Part shown: positions 59,021-64,000 of the stretch, piece by piece | Position numbering within the stretch: position 1 is the stretch's first letter | How the letters are laid out: the number at the start of each line of letters is the position of its first letter | NCBI GenBank assembly: GCA_050951545.1 | Contig: JBMNJG010000006.1 | Location: forward strand, 64,001 to 128,000 | DNA length: 64,000 nucleotides | Origin: Limnochordia bacterium | GTDB taxonomy: Bacteria; Bacillota; Limnochordia; DTU080 | Direction of reading: 5' to 3' | Position numbers and translations under genes: made by a program | Notes under the pieces: model-generated | What the model was told of the DNA's origin: nothing | The model's database searches: none | What the model saw: only the letters and a program-made list of their open reading frames with translations

Positions 59021-61009
59021 ATGAGCATTCGTCGTACGGCGAAAGACACGATCACTGCAATAGATATGAACGTGGGGGACACTTTGTATTTCACACTGCG
59101 TAGCGGCGATGTACGTGTATTCACGCTGCTGGGGACGCACGCGCGCCTAATCTACACGAATCTAGACCGCGTAAAGGACGGGCGGCCAGGCGGCGCTACG
59201 ATACTGCATTTCAGCTGTGAAGCACGCGTCGACGGTCACGTCATCACACTCGAGCGCTTTATTGGTTCACAAGAGAGCTTCTATGTACCCTATGTGATCA
59301 ATGGAGTGAGAATCTGGTTCGACGCGGTTGCAGAAATATTCGAGTTTCTCAACGAAGACCATGGTCTCTGCCGGCCATCCAAACAGGCCAGGTTTGCCAT
59401 AAGTGACGCAAAAGATCGGATCTGCCCCGATGTCTTGAGGACCTGGTGTCCCCTGCCCTCAAATACGTTGGATATCTCTGACTGCTATAACGGAGATGAT
59501 TGCTGGCTTGGGCCGTATTTCGGTGCCGACGCCCATGGCGGCTTAGATGTCAACCATCCAAAGGGAACACCCATCTGGGCACCGATAGCTATCGACGATC
59601 ACTACCTTTTCGAGAGCCTCGAGGCTGGACATAACAACAATCGGTGGCGCGGAATCCGCCAGTGGCCAGATGGGGATGTTTGGATCCTCCAAAACCATCA
59701 CATCCTAAATTTGCTGGTCCCCGAACATACCCCAATTCCATCGGGTGCGCTGTACGCCCAAGCGGCGGGTGTACACGTCGGGTCACATGAGCATTCTCAT
59801 TTTGCCTTCCGCGTTCAATGTGCTCAAACCAAAGAGCAAGTGCTTCTGGATCCCTGGATCCTTTTCTGGCAGACATTCGAGGATCGACGCCAGAGAAGAG
59901 GAGAGATTCGCGCCGAAGTGCGCCCACTGCAGCCTGCAAGAGTAGGGCAACCGATCTCTTTTGGTAGCGAGGGATCCTCTCCGGGCCCCAATGGCACCGA
60001 CTTAGTCTACTACTGGACGTTTGGGGACGGTGGGTGGTCAAATGCTCCGAACCCGACTCATGTGTACGCCAAGCCAGGAATGTATGCAGTTACCCTCACG
60101 GTAGATGATGGTAGTGAACGACACTCGTGTGCCCAGCACCTCACTATAGACGGTGAGGAGCTGGACTCCCCTTGCTTCGGGCTCGCTGCCCCTGACGAGA
60201 TCACGTTTGACCAGCGTCGTCTCAGTGTGCAAGACATATACGGAGAACCTGTGCGCTTCCTCCCTCATACGCTTTACCTCGTCGCTCGCCCGACGAGACC
60301 GAAACCGAGTATGCGCGTGATCCACGTACACAATGTGGGAAAGGGTGAGTTGCCTCCTGTTGAGATCTCCGAGATTCGGTACTCAAGGGGTTCGGGCTGG
60401 CTCACTGTGGAGTTAGCAGGAGAAGGAGACGGACAGACCCTACGGGTCCAGGCAGACGCCACAGGACTCAGCCCGGGTGAGTATGTGGCTACAGTCGAAG
60501 TGATATGTCCAGGAGCGGTAAACGAGGTCCAGGGTTTCTTGGTGCGCCTTCTCGTGCCAGCTCAGCAGCCTCTTCACCGAGAACTAGGCAACCTAAAAAG
60601 GGTTGTCGTTGATGATAGTGACATAGGCTTTTACCGCTCTCCGTATTTCTGGGTCGGTCACAGGGTACACCGAGTCGAAAAGAGGGGTTTCCGAGGGTTC
60701 TCGCTTACCAACGGGGGGCGAGCGACTCCCGGGGAGTATGCTCGGTTCACGCCTGACCTGGCAACTGGTGAGTACCGAGTCGAGCTACACGACGAGACGC
60801 CCTTTGAAGGAGACCCTGGATTCTTCGTTCGTGTACGGCACAGTCTTGGAGATGACACGATCTGGATCGAACCCGCGAAGTCCCGGACAGTAGGGGTATT
60901 TCACTTCGATGAAGGGACCGATGGCTTCGTGGAGATCCTGGCCGAGGATTCCCGCGGCCACGTCATTGCCGATGCCGTCTCCTTCATGCGCGTCGATCAG
61001 GAAACCTAG
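59021..61009 (+). CDS. multidomain protein: M23-like zinc motif region, PKD, BACON-like and golvesin/Xly-CBD-like C-terminus
   Basis: HGGLD...GTPIWAP and HEHSHF...DP; PKD YYWTFGDG...PTHVY.KPG.Y.VTLTV.D; WL.V...L.V.AD..GL.PG.Y; C-terminal ARFTPDL..G.Y.V...VIADAV. Confidence 0.75.
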   Translation: MSIRRTAKDTITAIDMNVGDTLYFTLRSGDVRVFTLLGTHARLIYTNLDRVKDGRPGGATILHFSCEARVDGHVITLERFIGSQESFYVPYVINGVRIWFDAVAEIFEFLNEDHGLCRPSKQARFAISDAKDRICPDVLRTWCPLPSNTLDISDCYNGDDCWLGPYFGADAHGGLDVNHPKGTPIWAPIAIDDHYLFESLEAGHNNNRWRGIRQWPDGDVWILQNHHILNLLVPEHTPIPSGALYAQAAGVHVGSHEHSHFAFRVQCAQTKEQVLLDPWILFWQTFEDRRQRRGEIRAEVRPLQPARVGQPISFGSEGSSPGPNGTDLVYYWTFGDGGWSNAPNPTHVYAKPGMYAVTLTVDDGSERHSCAQHLTIDGEELDSPCFGLAAPDEITFDQRRLSVQDIYGEPVRFLPHTLYLVARPTRPKPSMRVIHVHNVGKGELPPVEISEIRYSRGSGWLTVELAGEGDGQTLRVQADATGLSPGEYVATVEVICPGAVNEVQGFLVRLLVPAQQPLHRELGNLKRVVVDDSDIGFYRSPYFWVGHRVHRVEKRGFRGFSLTNGGRATPGEYARFTPDLATGEYRVELHDETPFEGDPGFFVRVRHSLGDDTIWIEPAKSRTVGVFHFDEGTDGFVEILAEDSRGHVIADAVSFMRVDQET

Positions 61010-61041
61010 TTGAGTCCAACTTGCCGGGCAGTCAGCCGACA

Positions 61042-61073
61042 GTGGAGAAGGGCGATTCCCCACCCTTCTCCAC
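61042..61073. terminator. bidirectional terminator hairpin
   Basis: gtggagaaggg...cccttctccac. Confidence 0.72.
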
Positions 61074-61110
61074 ACACCTGGCTTCTTCGTGACGCGCTTG
61101 GGCAATCGGC

Positions 61111-61269
61111 TTATTGTTCAGGCTGCTGGGGCTGATCGGACGAGCCGCAACCGGAGCGGACGCTGCAACTGGCACAGTCTCCGCACCCCGAGCCTCCCCT
61201 GATAAGGCGTACTATCCCGTAGAAGGCCAGTACTCCAACACCTATGACGAACACAGCACTCAACGCCAT
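61111..61269 (-). CDS. 52-aa FeoB-associated-like Cys-rich membrane peptide (absent from the ORF track)
   Basis: MALSAVFVIGVGVLAFYGIVRLIRGGSGCGDCASCSVRSGCGSSDQPQQPEQ: one TM helix plus CxxCxxC-x5-C; RBS ggggag. Confidence 0.82.
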   Translation of the reverse strand: MALSAVFVIGVGVLAFYGIVRLIRGGSGCGDCASCSVRSGCGSSDQPQQPEQ

Positions 61270-61286
61270 GCGCCCCACTCCCCTTC

Positions 61287-61310
61287 GAGAGTTAGGCGTG
61301 CCTAACTCTC
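61287..61310. promoter_or_regulatory. perfect 11-bp inverted repeat, candidate DtxR/MntR-family operator
   Basis: GAGAGTTAGGC-GT-GCCTAACTCTC with TTAGG-N4-CCTAA core, between the promoter and RBS of the Cys-rich peptide. Confidence 0.65.
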
Positions 61311-61320
61311 CGTCGCGCTT

Positions 61321-61349
61321 ATTCTAACCAGACCGTCCGTCCGTGTCAA
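61321..61349 (-). promoter_or_regulatory. sigmaA/sigma70 promoter for the Cys-rich peptide
   Basis: TTGACA (61349-61344), 17 bp, TAGAAT (61326-61321) on the minus strand. Confidence 0.85.
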
Positions 61350-61479
61350 GAGGTGACGAAGTCGTTGTGGCACAGTGTCTTGTTCGGAGCGGACAGGGAT
61401 GGAACTGCTGCGCAGCGAAGCATACCCATCATCACGGCATGGGCTTCCCCTTTCCCTGGCAGCCAAAGGAGACTCGCAC

Positions 61480-62547
61480 ATGGGCCCCCCACTGGCAGAA
61501 GCGACCTCGATCCAGCTTGTGGCTGTTCAAATGCGTCTTGACATCAACGACTTCTGGACGCGCAGCGGCTTTGAAATGAAGATCCGCCGACTGATGGAAC
61601 AGGTAGCCGCGCAGACCGATCGGCACCTACCAGCGCTCGTCGTGTTTCCAGAGGACGTCGGACTGCTGTTAGTGGCCCAAGGAATGCAGCGGCATCTGAC
61701 AGGAGTCCGTTCGATCGACACCGCACTGAAAACAGCCATCAAGACGCATCTTCTGCCACTGGCCGTGACAAGGTCACTACACAGGCTGGCTTGGGTACCT
61801 GCACTCTTTTTTCACAGAAACCAGATCATTGCCGAGACCTACTTCGACGTCTTTGCCCACTTGGCTCGGGAGTACCAGGTGTATCTCGTCGCCGGATCGG
61901 TTGTGTTGCCTCCCTATGCGCTAACTGACGGCCAGGTCCAGTGGCGCGCAGGTCCGATAGAACACCGTATGTATAACACCTCGTACTTCTTTGGGCCTGA
62001 TGGGAGAGTAGTTGGCCGACAGGACAAAGTCTTTCTAATCGACCTGGAAAAAGAGGGTGCCTTGCACCTCAACGCTGGTGCCCTCGAGTCGCTAAGAGCG
62101 TTCGAGACCCCGTTGGGAAGGGTAGGCATCGCCATCTGCTTTGATGCCTTTCAGAACGAAGTGATTGATGCCTTGTCGAGACAGCGAGCGCAGATTCTCG
62201 TGCAACCTTCAGCCAACGTCGGACGCTGGAATGCTGAACAGCAGGTCGACTGGCTCCGGAGCAGCTACCAGCGGACCTTCACCGAGGGACGCTTTGAATA
62301 CGCCGTCAATCCAATGCTGAATGGACCGCTATGGGATATCGGCTTCTTTGGCCAATCGAGTATCGTCGCCAAAGAACCCAACGGGCTGCCAGCCGCTGGA
62401 CCACGTGGGGTGGGGTATCAGGATCTGGAACCTGCCAAAGGCTTCATTCGCGTCGCTTCTTCCGACCGCAGTGAGGAGATCCTGGTAGCGGCAGTGCCTC
62501 ACCCCCATGCTCAAGGAGATCCAAATAGAACGGGATGTGGCAAGTGA
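61480..62547 (+). CDS. carbon-nitrogen hydrolase (nitrilase superfamily)
   Basis: Glu-Lys-Cys triad: VVFPED, YNTS...QDKVFL, GIAICFD; RBS aaggag. Confidence 0.9.
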   Translation: MGPPLAEATSIQLVAVQMRLDINDFWTRSGFEMKIRRLMEQVAAQTDRHLPALVVFPEDVGLLLVAQGMQRHLTGVRSIDTALKTAIKTHLLPLAVTRSLHRLAWVPALFFHRNQIIAETYFDVFAHLAREYQVYLVAGSVVLPPYALTDGQVQWRAGPIEHRMYNTSYFFGPDGRVVGRQDKVFLIDLEKEGALHLNAGALESLRAFETPLGRVGIAICFDAFQNEVIDALSRQRAQILVQPSANVGRWNAEQQVDWLRSSYQRTFTEGRFEYAVNPMLNGPLWDIGFFGQSSIVAKEPNGLPAAGPRGVGYQDLEPAKGFIRVASSDRSEEILVAAVPHPHAQGDPNRTGCGK

Positions 62548-64000
62548 TGAAGTCGAAACTGAAGAAGGCGTTGTGCTGCACAGTGATGGTCTCTGTCATA
62601 TGGGTGTGTGTGTCGATGCTAGCCCAAGTTGCGACCGCCGAGGATTTCGCTTGGCTTGAATCTGAGAAGCTCAGAGCGGCATACTTCTATGAAGACGCTG
62701 CGTTCGAGCATCTCGACCAGCTCCGAGCCGCAGGGTTCAATGCGGCATTCGTCAAGTTCAGGGGCATAGATAATGCCGCCACGAGCTCCATCCGCGAACG
62801 TCTTGAGGAGCTTATGCGGCAGCAACAAGGCCTACCCCCTCTGAGACCTCATAAGCCCAGCATCGACCTCGACCGGATCCGCGCCTGGGCGAAGCACGCT
62901 GAGGCTGCCGGACTGCGCTTCTTCCCCGTGATAGATTTCGCTGGGGTGACTGAAGCGCGGGTGTTTGGGGGCATCATCAAACCGACCGTCTTACGAGACG
63001 GCAGCGCGCGACCCAAAGCACCTAGTCCCATTGACCCTACCTACTGGGAACAGGCAGTCAAAGAACGCTTGCTCGGAGTCGCCGAGTTGGCCAGGGAGAC
63101 GCCCATCGAAGGTGTTTTGGTCGACTTTGAGCTGTATGCAGCCACTCCCAGCGGCCTCAGCACCTACAACGATGAGACCCACTATGGCGACGATGCGTTC
63201 AGTGGCTTCCTGGAGAGCCAAGGTCTGTCTCAGGTTGAACTCCCGGCTACCCAACGGTATGCATGGCTTGATGATCGCAGTCTTCTCACCTCCTATCGCG
63301 GCTACCTTGCCACAAGAGTTCGTACCATGGCCACCGAAATCCGTGAAGCCGTAGAGACGGTGAACCCCCGCATGAAGCTGGGTCTTCTCCCCTACGCCTT
63401 CGTGTCATCGCCGACCGGACTACAAGGCGGCTGGTTCACTCAGGCGGTGGCTGCTGGATGGGGCACAGCCGCACGGCCTGTCCTGGCGCTCAGTGAGTAC
63501 AGCTTCAACCTGGGCTATACGGAGGCCATCGCTGCACAAAAGGCCAGCTTCGAGCGAGATGAGCTTCACGCAGTATTCGTGCCAGGTATCAAGCTGGGCA
63601 TGTTCTTGCCCGAATACATAGGTGCGAACTGCTACCATATGGCGCTAGAGACCGACGGGTATTGGATCTTCACCAGCTACAGCCTGGCTACCGCTCCGCA
63701 CCTGCTCAAGGACGTCTACCGTATTCCCGGATCGTCCGATGCCTACTGGCAAGCGTTTGAGCATGTGAATGCTGAGATCCATCGCAGCCTACAGCAGGGA
63801 CCCTCCTACAAGACTGACCTCGTGCTACGCCCGCAGGCTTTTGCTATCGACGCCAGGGAAAACGGTGGGATTCCCCATCTCGTGCCCTATGACCATACAG
63901 ACAAGCCGCTGCAAGCTGCTGTCGCTGGAAAACCTTCGCAGTTGCGCCGAGCTTCTCAGTGGTTCATCTATGTGGCTGAAGGGGAGAAGCTCCACCTGGA
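62547..64000 (+). CDS. secreted putative glycoside hydrolase-like TIM-barrel protein, 3'-partial (absent from the ORF track)
   Basis: TGATG overlap with the nitrilase; MKSKLKKALCC signal peptide, LRAAGFNAAFVK, PSP.DP.YW, EGVLVDFELY, DGYWIF; open to the window end. Confidence 0.7.
   Translation, partial: MKSKLKKALCCTVMVSVIWVCVSMLAQVATAEDFAWLESEKLRAAYFYEDAAFEHLDQLRAAGFNAAFVKFRGIDNAATSSIRERLEELMRQQQGLPPLRPHKPSIDLDRIRAWAKHAEAAGLRFFPVIDFAGVTEARVFGGIIKPTVLRDGSARPKAPSPIDPTYWEQAVKERLLGVAELARETPIEGVLVDFELYAATPSGLSTYNDETHYGDDAFSGFLESQGLSQVELPATQRYAWLDDRSLLTSYRGYLATRVRTMATEIREAVETVNPRMKLGLLPYAFVSSPTGLQGGWFTQAVAAGWGTAARPVLALSEYSFNLGYTEAIAAQKASFERDELHAVFVPGIKLGMFLPEYIGANCYHMALETDGYWIFTSYSLATAPHLLKDVYRIPGSSDAYWQAFEHVNAEIHRSLQQGPSYKTDLVLRPQAFAIDARENGGIPHLVPYDHTDKPLQAAVAGKPSQLRRASQWFIYVAEGEKLHL

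Noticed and set aside
1-64000. CRISPR array, tRNA, rRNA, transposase or prophage genes
   Set aside because: No regularly spaced repeats, cloverleaf or rRNA signatures, or recognisable mobile-element proteins found by eye

Overview
GC-rich (roughly 58-60% by eye) bacterial accessory region, most likely from a Bacillota-type anaerobe assembled from a metagenome. AGGAGG-type RBSs and sigmaA-type promoters point to Bacillota; SBPs with mostly non-lipoprotein signal peptides suggest a diderm lineage such as Limnochordia (inference). The window is dominated by carbohydrate and polymer scavenging genes: 9 family-1 sugar solute-binding proteins with no cognate permease, ATPase or regulator gene, three ~1250-aa heparinase II/III-like paralogues plus a fourth PL12-like lyase, GH95, GH78, a BNR/sialidase-like protein, a ceramidase-like protein, phosphodiesterases, amidohydrolases and an FAD oxidoreductase. 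It also holds an ABC-2 exporter pair and nrdDG under a cobalamin riboswitch with an attenuator. An unannotated 52-aa Cys-rich membrane peptide has its own canonical promoter and a DtxR/MntR-like operator. Many intergenic spaces contain decayed gene fragments (HEPN, NlpC/P60, MBL-fold, GyrI-like, a bare signal peptide), often ending at members of three recurrent hairpin families. Single-base frameshifts cluster in the first ~9 kb and a 311-bp tandem duplication sits at 18.4-19.0 kb; both are probably assembly artefacts. No rRNA, tRNA, CRISPR array, integrase or transposase was recognised.
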